Shown here piece by piece: positions 1 to 12,400 of a stretch of DNA of 64,000 nucleotides (positions are counted from its first letter, which is position 1; each line of letters starts with the position of its first letter). Source of the DNA: Flectonema sp. DT1601 (Eukaryota); contig OZ025794.1 in NCBI GenBank assembly GCA_964019425.1, forward strand, positions 1,054,001 to 1,118,000. The letters run 5' to 3'. The notes beneath the pieces are model-generated. The model was not told the DNA's origin, did no database searches, and worked only from the letters and a program-made list of their open reading frames with translations. Made by a program: the position numbers and the translations under genes.

Positions 1-1031
1 CGTATCAGAGTTAACTAAAACAAATGTTAAACTGACGAAAGGTAATGTTAGTATGTTAGTATGTTAGTATAGGCAAACACTCTGCAGACGACGTTGAGGA
101 CCTTTACACATCTCTTTTTCCGTGTTGTCATTCAGTGCAGTACGGAATCGAGTTATTCAATAATTCCCCTTGTGATGATTAAATATAGTTAGTATATAAA
201 GCACTAGAGGAGGTTAATTAACACTTTGATGTCCTACGGCTTAAGCGGGGAATGTATCACCAAAATAGAAGCGACTATTTTAATATTTTTTATAAGATTT
301 CTATCTGTTGAAGGACTTCCCTGAGAATGAATTATGGATTAGACTCAAACACACTTAGAATAGTGTGACAAAAAAAAAAAAAAATAATAATAACAATTAA
401 AAAAAAAAAAAAAAAAAAAAAAAATAGATTCGCAAAAGTAAAACAGTTGAATAATGAAAACTGATGACATTATTAATTTTTTTTTTTTTTTTTTGGCTGA
501 ACATTGGCATTAGTTGTGGTAATAGCCTTGTACAGTAGAAGAAAAAGGCGAAAAAAAGGGAGACGATACAAAACAGTCACGCTCGGCAAGCAACAAAACG
601 TGATTGCAATTTTTTTTTTTTCCTCTGTTCTTTTTTTTTTTTTTTTTTCATTTTTTTGGTTGCCGGTTAACAATAACTGCTAGTAGAACAATTTCTCTGT
701 TTTTTTTGTTTTGTTTTTTTTCCCAATTGTGTTCTTATTACTTTGGATCATTTAGTAGATTTAGTTACGCAACCAGACCGTCTTTGTTTTGTCCAATTGT
801 TGCCAACTAGACAACAGCCGCTCAAAATAACGGATTTTTTTGTTACTGCACACAAAATAGGGGGAGAAACCTGTGGCAGCAGAGTCGGAAGCTACCCTCC
901 AGCCCACCTTTTTCAAGTTCGAAAGTAAAATTGGGAGGTTTCCGAATCGTCAAAAGCCCCCGAGATTTTCTTTTTTTTTTCAATTCTGCTTTTCCATGAT
1001 TGAGAAAAGAACTCTAAGCTTAACACAAAAA

Positions 1032-1967
1032 CTATAACTTCGACTCGTTGAAATTCGCACTGGTTCTTGTTTCATCCTTCGAGAGGGTGCGGACATCACC
1101 TCTCTTTAGAGAAACCTTAATTTGAGTTTTAGGAGCGAGTGCTCTGATAGGTTCAACATTAGGATCAAAACGGTAGACTGCTAAATCTTTTTTAGTAAAC
1201 CCAAATTCTTCAATAAGCAGCTCATCATCGATGTTTTGAGTACCGTTGAGTGTTGACCCAACAATTGCTAAAACACAGTCTGCAAGAATTGTTGCTTTTC
1301 TCCAATTCTTAGTCGATCCTAATTTGAAGTTCTTTGAAGCCTGACTCTCAACAACAGTTGCTGGCCACAATGAGTTACCAGTTATGTTATTCTTAGCACC
1401 CTCAGCTGCAGCACCCATAGCCACCATTGTCATTCCAAACTTGCTGATATTATAAGCGGTGAATCCCTGGTACCTTTCGTAATCTGTTTGAATAGGAGGC
1501 GACATCGTAATTACTCTTCCGAATTTGTTTTTTCTCATGTATGGAAGAGCTAATTTAGTGAGAATGAAACTACCTCTCGTATTAATCCCTGTTATCAAGT
1601 CGTACTTGTTAATAGGTGTGTCCTCTATGTCGTGCCACCAAAGTGCTGAGGCATTATTAATAACTATGTCAATTCTACCAAAGTGAGCTACGGTATCTTC
1701 AACACATTTTTCGATAGTTTTGGCATCTCTCATGTCTACTTTGCAAGGGAGAGCATCAACTCCAAGTTGCTTCATCTCTTCAGCGACACTGAAGATCGTT
1801 CCTGGTAGATTCTTTGTCGGTTCTGTAGTCTTTGCAGCAATCACAATATTACATCCGCACTTAGCCAAAGCAATTGCGCATTCCCTTCCGATTCCTCGGG
1901 TGCTTCCGGAAATAATCGCAACCTTTCCCTTTAAATCTGGGTTGTTGAGTTTCGGAGAAGACGCCAT
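1032..1967 (-). CDS. HSDL2: HSDL2-like short-chain dehydrogenase/reductase (SDR domain only), probably peroxisomal/glycosomal
   Basis: Rossmann motif SGSTRGIG, HSDL2-family signature IAAKTTEPTKNLPGTI, NNAS motif, catalytic YNISK (YxxxK), C-terminal SKL (PTS1). First ATG (MASSPK) is at 1967; the ORF-track start at 2012 is a GTG. Intronless. Confidence 0.88.
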   Translation of the reverse strand: MASSPKLNNPDLKGKVAIISGSTRGIGRECAIALAKCGCNIVIAAKTTEPTKNLPGTIFSVAEEMKQLGVDALPCKVDMRDAKTIEKCVEDTVAHFGRIDIVINNASALWWHDIEDTPINKYDLITGINTRGSFILTKLALPYMRKNKFGRVITMSPPIQTDYERYQGFTAYNISKFGMTMVAMGAAAEGAKNNITGNSLWPATVVESQASKNFKLGSTKNWRKATILADCVLAIVGSTLNGTQNIDDELLIEEFGFTKKDLAVYRFDPNVEPIRALAPKTQIKVSLKRGDVRTLSKDETRTSANFNESKL

Positions 1968-2191
1968 TTTAGTAGAAGACAGAAGACCTGAATAAATTAA
2001 TAAAACTAACACAGGATGACTGTTAATTATCCTATTCTCAATAGTATGGTACTTATGGAGGGTAACTTAAATACCGGAATTGAATATAAAATAACTTCAA
2101 ACTGTTTGCTAACCAAAACTTTAAAAAGATTAATAGTTGGTATCGACAAAACCCCTGCTGCTGGACTACCTACACTACTGTACCCCATTAC

Positions 2192-2400
2192 AGTTAAAGT
2201 TGCCTCCAGACACATAAGTGTGGTATACGCTATGTTTTTTTTATAAATACAGTAAATAGATAAAGAAGTCTATTACTTTGCATATTGCTCATCACCGATA
2301 CAGCAAACTACTGAGCATCGAGTTAACTCTGTAAAAGTACGAGGCAACACCAATATCGCACATCTTATGGTCATACGCTGTGAAAGTAGAAAAAAAGAAA
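2192..2400. repeat. ~205-bp dispersed repeat, copy 1
   Basis: Near-identical direct copy at 4018-4227; internal 8-bp inverted repeat GTTGCCTC...GAGGCAAC. Confidence 0.9.
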
Positions 2401-3425
2401 CTTTGACAATGTAAAAACAGTAACAATCTTAGGGTATTAAAAACAAAATTAATATCAAGTACTTGACTTAAAAATATTTGTAGTTATTAATCTGATGGTC
2501 GGGGGGAAGCAATTAGATGTTACTAATCAATGAAAATAACAACAAGTAATTCTCACAGCACATAGAAAAAGGATAGGAAAAGAGAGAGGGGAAAAAAGAG
2601 AAGGAAAAAAAAAAAAGAAAAGATGAAATAATCTATTGTAAGCTGTTTTTTTTGTAGTGAGAGAGACTCAACTCAACTAACAATGTTGACAATTACACCA
2701 GAAGTATAATTCGTTTGTGTCACGAAACCGTTTAAACTGATAAAGCTAGTGTGCTGCCAACATTCTTTTTCGCTCTTACAATACTTGTTAAATGCAAAAA
2801 AAAAAAACAAGGAACCAGCTGGTACCGATCAAGATTGGGTAAATGTAAATAAGATTTATTTATTTTTTTTTTGTTCTGTATGACTACTACAAGGTTTCAG
2901 GATCACAATGAGTTGTCCCACTGGGGCTGCTAGCGCCGCTGTCAATAGTTTGTTCCTCTGAGTCGGTCTCAGCTACGACAGCAAACAAATCACTTAAAGC
3001 ATGGTATCTGTTTCCACCTGTGTATTAATCGTGTTCTACTTGGAGAAGAACTATAACAGTTTCTAATCAACATTCCACATTCACCAAAAGTTGACAAATA
3101 ATTTTTTAAAAAAAAAAAAAAAAAAAAGAGAGAGAGAGAGAAAGAAACCAATTTCAGTACATACGTCTACCGTTTTTGTTCTTGATTATGTCCATCACGG
3201 TTTCCAGCTCCTTCAGTGAATCGTGCATGGTGATAAAGAAAAGTAATAACCTGAAGAGATATGAAGCTATACATCAGTTGACGGGGTCATCACAAATAAA
3301 CAAATTAATCAAATGAGATAATCTCAGATTAGATTAATAGTATAAATTTTAATTTTAGTATAGAAAAGTGAGAATAAAAAATATTCATTTCTGCAGTTTC
3401 CTAACATCAAAGGGTAATAGAATAT

Positions 3426-3485
3426 GTAGTTTCAGGAGCCTTAATCTTATACTACTTGTCCCTTTTTTAGGCCTTCATCAGTAAG
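3426..3485 (-). ncRNA. Putative hammerhead ribozyme, non-circularly permuted (copy B)
   Basis: Minus strand reads CUUA-CUGAUGA-AGGCCU-AAAAAAGGGACAA-GUAG-UA-UAAG-AUUA-AGGCUCCU-GAAA-CUAC. Stem I CUUA/UAAG; stem II AGG(CCU)/(AGG)CU-CCU; stem III CUAC/GUAG; GUA cleavage triplet, predicted cut between 3450 and 3449. Confidence 0.72.
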
Positions 3486-4017
3486 TTCTAAGGGACTTCA
3501 TTCTATGTTGAAGTTGCTATCGTTCTCAGACAAGATAGATAAATAAATCAATAAATCGTAAAGACATCAATTAAATAATGGGTTTGGTTTCAGTTACCAA
3601 GTAGATATAATGTATTTATAAATAACATGGAGCATAAGAGTCTGACAAGTGTTTTTTTTTTTTTTTTTTTTTTTTCCGCCGAAGCGAAGATGCCAGGAAG
3701 AAACCACATGCTAGGACAGTTCTTTTACTTTTCTTTGTCTGCTGGAATTCTATCTGAGAAAACCGGTATTTTTTTTTGTAGCTGGTGGGACATGTGTACA
3801 AGAACCTCACAGTCCCCATAAGAAGGATGACACCGTCCTGGAAAAAGGACGTATAACGCCTAAGACCTAAGCGACGAGCGCAGAGTTCTACAGGTTGCTA
3901 TTTGTGTACTTTGAGTTGTTTGGATTGATCTATCAGAATCGAAACGATTACTCATTGCAGAATTGCATTCACTTGTGCATACCAACCAAGTGAGGTGGAC
4001 GAGAACTATGTTCTGAA

Positions 4018-4227
4018 AGTTAAAGTTGCCTCCAGACACATAAGTGTGGTATACGCTATGTTTTTTTTATAAATACAGTAAATAGATAAAGAAGTCTATT
4101 ACTTTGCATATTGCTCATCACCGATACAGCAAACTACTGAGCATCGGGTTAACTCTGTAAAACTACGAGGCAACACCAATATCGCACCTCTTATGGTCAT
4201 ACGCTGTGAAAGTAGAAAAAAGGAAAT
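4018..4227. repeat. ~205-bp dispersed repeat, copy 2
   Basis: Direct repeat of 2192-2400 with a few substitutions. Confidence 0.9.
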
Positions 4228-5708
4228 TACAATAACGTTAGCAATACGCTACAACAAGATTCCTAAAAACAGATTTTTCTTTTCAATTTCTTTTTTTTTT
4301 TTTTCTTCTTCTTCTTTTCTTTTCACGTTTCTTTCTTTTTTTCCTTTCATTCTACATTATTTCTGCAAAGAGAGGAAATGCCGGGATGGTTGCTGCAGAA
4401 TACTTTAAAGGTAGCCGAAAAGCGAGTTCAGAAAGGAAAGTGCCATTGTTGCATCAATTTTCAACACCTCAGCAGCCGAGCAACCGGTTATAAGGAAAAT
4501 GTGTGCAAACATAGTGCAGAAACACGACCTTGTGTGAGAAAATGAAACGAAGGTCCCGATGTCGCAAAAAAAAGAAATCGACAATCACTATAATATGCAC
4601 ATAATTAGAATGGGGATAAGGAATTGGAATGAGATTGCGAACGAGCTTTTTTTTTTCTTTTCTTCTTTTTTTTTTCTTTTCGTAAGCCTTTATTTCCCCT
4701 CCCCCACATTTCGAATTTTCGAGAAAAGGAATCACGGCAAGAGCAACAATTCGAAAGCATGGGCAAAAAAAGAAGAGGGAAACTAAATCAAGACAGTTTG
4801 CAGACAGCTCCGACCGATCGTCTCCCTTCCGGGACAAGATAATTGAACTGAAGCTGTTTCGAATATGATATAAAAGTGCTCGCAGATTGCGTTTGGTAAC
4901 TACACGGTGCTAAGTCTTTCCATAAAACTCGCATTTGCGTAGCTTTACAGAAAATCACCATGAGATTTCCACGCACGGGTTATCAGGGGAGAGAGAGGGG
5001 GGAGGTAAAAAAACAACTAAACGCCAACCCATTATTGGTGTTGCATATGATTTGCAGTGCTAAGAAGTGTTAAGCAATGACAGCAGTCGAATGGTAAAAA
5101 AAAAGAGCTGAAGCTCCTTAACCACGAGACGCACAAGAATAAATATCTTACATGCTTAATCAAGAACTCAAAGTGTTGCGTGAATGGTATTGTCTGGGGA
5201 ACACTTCCTTTCCAGGAAAAGTGCAAGAAAAAGTCAATCACGTGAAGAACCATGAGTCTCTTCAAATAGACTACAGAATAATTTCTAAGTATGTGGCCCA
5301 AAACCATAAACAGTTTTGAGTTTCGCGAACACCATCACACATAATAAAACAGGCTCGGGTGAGAGGACGGAAAGACTGCGAAGAACCTTCCTCCACCATC
5401 CTGATTTCATGTTAGCCGAATTCCACAAACAAAAAAAGACGTCAAAAAGATAGAAAAAACGAAATTTTCGTCTTTTTCCCACATACAGAGAGCATTCTTT
5501 TTTTCTTTCACTCCTTCCAGGAACAAAGCTGCAGACTAACCCAAGTGGCTGGGGTTGGGACCTTCGTTCATTTCAAGAAGAAGGACATCAAAAAAGGGTC
5601 ATGATGGGGGATAAATACTCTTCTGACATAAATAAAGTGCAGACCCCACATCCTTCGTTGAGGCAACGTCTTTAATCAAAAAAAAACTCCTACGGTTTTC
5701 TTACATTA

Positions 5709-5747
<39 letters not shown>

Positions 5748-5748
5748 C

Positions 5749-5751
5749 CGT

Positions 5752-5785
<34 letters not shown>

Positions 5786-5963
5786 CTTTTTTTTTTTTTT
5801 TTCCTTCTTCTCCTTCCTGTTCCATGAATCGCACAGGGAAAAAAAACAGTATAGAGAAATAGAAAATCTTTTTAGCAAGTTGATAGCATCACCCAAATGC
5901 AGGCGACACAATAATTCCACAACACAAAACAACACAACACAACACAACACAACGCAACACAAC
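5749..5963. repeat. Microsatellites (TTG)n and (CACAA)n downstream of the giant gene
   Basis: Visible TTG run at about 5749-5784 and CACAA run at about 5920-5963, among long poly-T tracts. Confidence 0.85.
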
Positions 5964-6325
5964 ATAAGCTGTTTACGGCGGTTCCCCCTGGGAGGTGCAG
6001 GTACAGAGCTTTTCAAATGGAAAACACGAAAACAAAATTAAAAAAACGTAAACAAAGCAGTGGCAAAAACCCTCTCTTCCATTCTAGAAGGTGAAGGGGT
6101 GGGGGGGGGATGCCAAGGAGATGGATGGGATCAATGATTGGTTTCCTTTTCTGTTTCATTCAATTATTCCCTGCCATGATTCCATGGCGATTACATTAGG
6201 GAATCATATAATAGGTTTCACCTTTTCTTTTTTTTTTTTTCTTCCTTTTGTTTTTAAATTTTCCTTCTTTTCTGAAGTATGGTTCGGTCGGAATCGTTCA
6301 CCCGCGTGAACGATACGGAAAGGCA

Positions 6326-6360
<35 letters not shown>

Positions 6361-6420
6361 GGGTGGTTTTTGGAGGTGAGAATGGGAGGGGAGGATCAAA
6401 AAATGACACTGAGAATGAGT

Positions 6421-9400
6421 CTAGTTCAATTCCGTGTCTGGGTTGTCGGTACCCGACTGCGATGGGTAGGTGCATGATTCAACAATGAAGTAAGTGAGAG
6501 TGAATCTGTGGTTTCCTCTGTTGGCGTTGTCAGCGATATCTGGGGACCAGATCTCAAATTCAACACTGAGAGTTGAAGAATCCCATGATGTGGTGATGTC
6601 CATTTGATCAGAAGTGTCTCCCTTTCCTGAACCGATAACGTTCACACCAGTGACATATGGGGCTCTCTTCAAGTAGATAACTCTCTCTCCATCTTCTTGT
6701 CTCTCAGTTTCAGTTCTGTCTCTACCTGGAGCTGAAGTTCTACGTCTTGCAACACGAGAGATAACACCAGAGTCCTCAGATCTTGGCATGTCCATAATGA
6801 AGAATCCAGATTGGATACGAACGTGAGAATGGTCACCCAAAGTGATTTGTGGTGACACAAACTTAGTACCAAAATGACGAGGTCTCATAACTCTCGATGA
6901 TCTAAAAGTGTAGTCCTGGATCATCCAACGAATCTCAAGAGTGTCTCCTTCGAAGTCCTGAAGGTCTTCGAACATGGCGACGGCGCAGAAGTTGATCGCT
7001 GGAACGCTGCGGACGACGCTGACTTCACAGTCCTCACCGGCCCATCCGAACTTGCAGTTACCACAGTCGGCACCATCCCAGTTACCCTTACACTCACATC
7101 CCTTTGCTCTGCAAACACCGTTACCGTTGCACATGACGTCGATGGTTCTTCCATTACCAGTTGGAACGGAAGTTGCTCCCGGGCATTCACCAGTTCTGTT
7201 TAGACTTGAGACAGAGAATCCGAGAATGGCAACCGAGTCAATCTGTGAAACTCTGTTGCTGTTTGGCTGAATAACCAACTTGATCACCTTCGTCTTCCAC
7301 TGCACGTTAACAGCAGAGTCTGGGTCTCCTGCACGCAACAACACCGGAGTGCTTGGGTGTGCAAACGGGTTGGCGTTTGAAGCAGGTGTGTAGATACGAG
7401 AGATGGATTCGGTGTAGAATTCCTGTTTTTTTTTGTTCTCTTTTGGTTTCCGAATATTTTTTTCATCCAAAAGAAATATCCTAAATTAGAACTAAAATAT
7501 CAACGACGATATTGATTTCGTTAAATCCCTGAAACAACTACAACAACTAACTAAAAACACATACAGGGTTCTCTCTGCTCCAAATGAGTTCGAAGTTCTG
7601 CGGATTGGTGTTAACGGAAGACGCTTGGACGGTGGTGGCGGTGGCAGCAGCGCTTGCGGTTTCCGGAGTGACGTTCTCAAGTACCTGAGCGTTGACGTTT
7701 GTTGGTCTTCTGACTGCGGCCGCGGCTCCGACAACACCAGTGGCACCCACGACATCGTTTCCTGGAGCACCTCCACCTGGGGAAGCATCAGCACCCTTCT
7801 GCGCTGGCTGAGCCCAGATGGACACGACGGAACCTGGCTCAGCGTTCTCGAATACATAAACCTGTTGTTTAGTTGTTTGCTACTTTTCTGCCTTCTTTTT
7901 TTTTTTCCTCTCACGTTCCTCCACACATTCTAATATAATAATAAAAGACATCAGTTCACTAAAGTAAATAACAACATACCTGAGACAAGTAGACTGGCTC
8001 CTCGTACTCCAACACTACGTACTGAAGCGCATTCTGCCAGTCAACCTTTCTGGTTGGCTGTCTGCATGGTCCCTTGTAAGTTCTTCTACGGTCGCAGTAG
8101 TACTGTTTTTGTTGTGGTGCGATTGTTTTTTTTTTTTTTTTTTTTTTTTCCATTTCTGACAAAGTAGAAAACTCCCCGACCGCGGTGTTCACTCACTCTT
8201 TCCACAAAACGATGATATAACAAATAAACATACCTGAACTGGTTCCCAAGCAGCGCTTCTGTGTGGTTCATCCTGCACGTAGTAGTCTTCAGCAGCATCT
8301 GGTTCACCGACAAGGTTGTGAATGTTTCCTGGAATGATTTGAGTAGAGAAGTCGAGAACTCTAATTGGGAATTGAATAGCTCTTCTTTCAACAGTGAGGG
8401 GGGCGTTCACCGTCTGTGGAGGAGCTCCTCTGGTTGCTGGTGCCGGTGGCGCCAAGCGAGCATCAATCCTTGTGCACAGCGGACCAGAGTATCCCCTGAA
8501 GCAGCGGTCACACTTTTCTCCTGCCCAGAATCCGGTTTCGAGGTTGGCGTCACAGCGGCACGCACCATTTCCGTTGCAAACTCCGTTGTTTCCGCAGTCG
8601 AACTTTCTGTCAATTCCATCGTTCACCAGTCCGCAGGTACGGAGCGATCCGTCGTTCTCAGCAGCGATGGCCTCAACGCAAGTCATACACGAACCACAGT
8701 CATTTCTATCATCAGTTCCAACATCAACCCATCCACAAACACCGAGGTTGTTGCATGTCTGACATGGACTGTCACACGCAGTGTTACAACAGATTCCATC
8801 AACGCAGTGTCCCGAAGCACACTGACGGTCAATCGAACATGGAGCAGCAGGTGCTCTCAACTGGATACAGAACTTGTTGAAACAAGCGAATCCTTCAGAG
8901 CAGTCATCGAAGATCTCACAAGTAATCTGACAGGTGTCCTGAGCCAATTCGTAGTCAGGAACTCCTCTAATTGAACCACATCTGTATGGATGGCAGTCAG
9001 AGTGCCTGTTGCAAACAATACTGCTCTTAATGACCGGTGCCGGTGGACTGCGAGGAGGAACAAAGGCATATCTGGCTGCTGGGTCGCCGTTCAAAGCGAG
9101 TGGAACTCTCAAGCACCTCCATGGGTTACCAAAGAACTCCTGTCCCTCGGTGTAGCAGGTTGGTGAGATTGCAGGAGGAGCCTGATGAGCGTGGTTAATC
9201 ACGTCAGTCGAAACACACTTACCCATGCTACACGTGTAGAAGTACAAACAGTGACCGTCTTCAGTACAGTCAGTTCTGCAAACGGCGGTTGAAAGTGGCG
9301 AGAGAGTAATGTGTTTTCCACATGCGTATGGAGTACAGTAGTCGTAATCCTTCGTGCTGCATGATTGTGGAGATCCAGCAGACCCCGTAACACAGCTTCC

Positions 9401-12400
9401 TGTAGATCTCTGACAGTGAGCCAAACTGCTACAGTGAGCATCGTTTGAACACGATGTTCTGCATGCGGCGTTAGCGAAGTAGATCTGAGTGTTGTTCTTA
9501 CCACATGCGTACAAACCACATCCGTTAGTCGCACCATTCTGGGAGAAGCAGGCGTTAGAATCCCTGGTAGTCCAAACACATCTACCCGGTTCGGTTTGAA
9601 CTCCTCCTCCAGTTGCGGTACCCGAAGAACCACACAAGTTAGCTGGCTGTGTTCTCTGCGTGGCGACGTCGTCAGTTGCTCCGATCTGCTGGAAGGCACT
9701 CAACGGAGACAATCCCGAGAGGGTAGCAAAACTACATCTGTAACCCGATTCATTTCTAGCGAGAGTTGCACCTCCCAAACAATGCCTGTCGGTGAAGCAC
9801 TCAGTAATGCATCCTCCAGTTACGGCGTCGCAAGCGAATGGCTCGCAGATGCTTGGGTCGGCCTTGCATCCACCCAGTGGCGGGGCGACAGTTCCAACCG
9901 GAGTACACTCGTTCTCAATGCAGATAAATCCTTCGACACAGTGCCCGTCAAGTGAACAGGTGGTTCTGCATCTGTCTCCAGGAATTGGAGTTACACTTCG
10001 AGACTTACCACAGACGTAGGCACCGCACTTGGTGGCATTGCCGAAGCAAGTTTCCTCCGTGACACATCTTGGGATCGTTGCCGGTGGACACCAACAAGCC
10101 TCAGTGACAATTGCCGGAAGGTATCCTCCCTGGCAATCGATGTCAACGTACGTCGGTGTTGGACACGGAACGCCGTAAGCGATTCCACCAGGCGCCTTGT
10201 CGGAACCTGGCTCCTGGGCACACGGGAACGGCTTTGGACACTGAGTTCCTTCAACGCACTGTCTGCTGTGCGAGGTTGAACCGCACAGGTTGCATGCTCT
10301 GGTGAAGGTGTGTCTTGGAACCCCAGGTACCCAAATCTGTTCGTTCAACAGCGATCTACCCAAGCAATCAACTGGAGCAGGTGGCGGTGCCAAGTTACAA
10401 AAGATTCTTGGACCAGTGCCCGGGGCGCAAACTGGTTCCCTTGGCCAGTCACATCCACAGACGTGTTCGACAACCTGGTTGACCTTCGGTGGAAGGGCTC
10501 CACGGCAGTCAACCTGTGGTGCTGGACCCCAAGTTGGGCAACTGTTGTCGGTACAGAAACCTTCAGTAGTTTGTCCGTCGTCGTCAACCTTGCAACGGAA
10601 CCTTGGCAAATCACATTCACAAGGATCGGTTCCGTCGTGACTGCATGGAAGCTGTGTCCACTCTGGTGCTGGCCAGTTACCACAGTCGACGATGATCTCC
10701 TGAGTTGCCACGTCAACCTCAACACCTCCATCGCTGTATAACTGAACCCAGTCAGGGCACGTTGCCTGGCAAGTCACATCACCGTTAGCGAAGTCCCATT
10801 CGATAGTAGTACTCAAATCGCAGACCGGAACTCTTGGAGATCCACATCCACAGAAGTCTTCTTTAAACTTCTGTTGTGGAACATGGTCCCGAAGGACAGT
10901 CGCACATGGAATGGTTTGGAATTCCAATTTAACTTCCGCACACCTTCCACAGCTTCCTCCCTCCTGCTGGAAGGCAGGCGATGCGCAGAGCCCTGGACAG
11001 TCTCCAACAAACCTCAACCATCTCCTGAGATTCCAACCACGTGTCCTTGCTTCCACAAAAGTTGCAGCAACAGTTACATCAGTAGAACTGCATCCCTCCG
11101 CACGTTCAGTGTAACAGTAACCTGGGTACTGACGAGCTCCCGCAGTGTCAGCAGCACAAACAGGCGCGTTTACAGAGGCCCTTCCACATTCCTCGGTAGG
11201 ACACGAGACGTACAGCTGAGCGTAACCTCTGCAGTCGTATGCAAGTGGTTCGGCTGGTTGGTAAAGTGCCGGAGCTGCTGGTGTTTCACGGCAGACCGGA
11301 ACTGGGGTCATTGGGCAACCACACTCATCGAGCGGCGCCTGTGGTGGGAGACAAAGTGGTTGCAATTGGGCGAAACATTCGACTACTACAGTTGGTTCGC
11401 CAGTAAAGTATTCACCCTCAACGGTCTTTCCTCCTCTAGCACACTGTGGCTCACCGGTGGCTGGGTCTGTTGGTGGGCAATTACCTGCGGTGCAGACTAT
11501 TCCAACAACTCTTCCCTGTGCGTCAAGTCGTGGAGCACCAACAACTGGTGGTGGTAGACAGCGTTCACACTCCTCGCCATCATAATTTTCAGAACACACA
11601 CACTGCCTCCATGTGAAGGTCACTAGTCCAACAGTTCCAGTGCGTTCGACACAGGTACCAGCATTGTTACAGTCCGCTGCAGTTTCACAACTCATCTTGT
11701 TACATGAGGAACCATACCATCCATCCTTGCAGATGTTACACATCTCACCAGCCCATACTCCCAGACTGGTTGGTACGACACGAGCAATTACACCGTCAAA
11801 GCTGGTACCAGCTGGTGGCACTACGGCTCTTGAAGTTGCATCGTAGACTATTCCCGGAGCAGCAAAGAGGGAGAAGTCAGCCAGAGTTGAAGCGGTGGCT
11901 GGAGAGATGATCGCAAGTGGCATGTTCAACTTCTCGACGACCACGTCGTTTGCCACCACGATGATCTCTCTCATCCATCCGCTGAATCTCAAACCAGAAG
12001 TACCGAAAGTAGTATCCTGAGCAATCTGATTGCTGAATCCTCTCATCGTAGGGCGGCCACGAGAGATGGCATTGGAGTTCATCTGAGTGAATGCCTTGCG
12101 TCCGTTCTCCAACTTCGACTTACCGAGGAAGACGCCCACCTCTCCGTCTTCCAGGTTGACTTCAACTCTCAAACGGACCCAACGGTTACCGTACATTGTA
12201 AAGAGACCTTCAGTAGTGAATTCAAGACTGGTTCCTAATGAATCAATTACTCTGACCCGAACACTAGCTGGAGTTGGTCTGCCCGCAGAATCGGTGTTGA
12301 GGTCAATGGCGATGAACCCACCGCCTTCCTGCGAGCGGTCGCTCGTGAAGATGTTCATTGGGCTGTCCTGGTTGCCATGAGACATCCTCAACATCATCTC

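Noticed and set aside
25..110. CTGACGA followed by AAGGT...ACCTT as a third hammerhead
   Set aside because: No GAAA after the stem and no stem I partner; at best a truncated relic.
473..6488. Short Phe/Lys-rich ORFs in the spacers on either side of the SDR gene
   Set aside because: Translations of poly-A/poly-T tracts and microsatellites.
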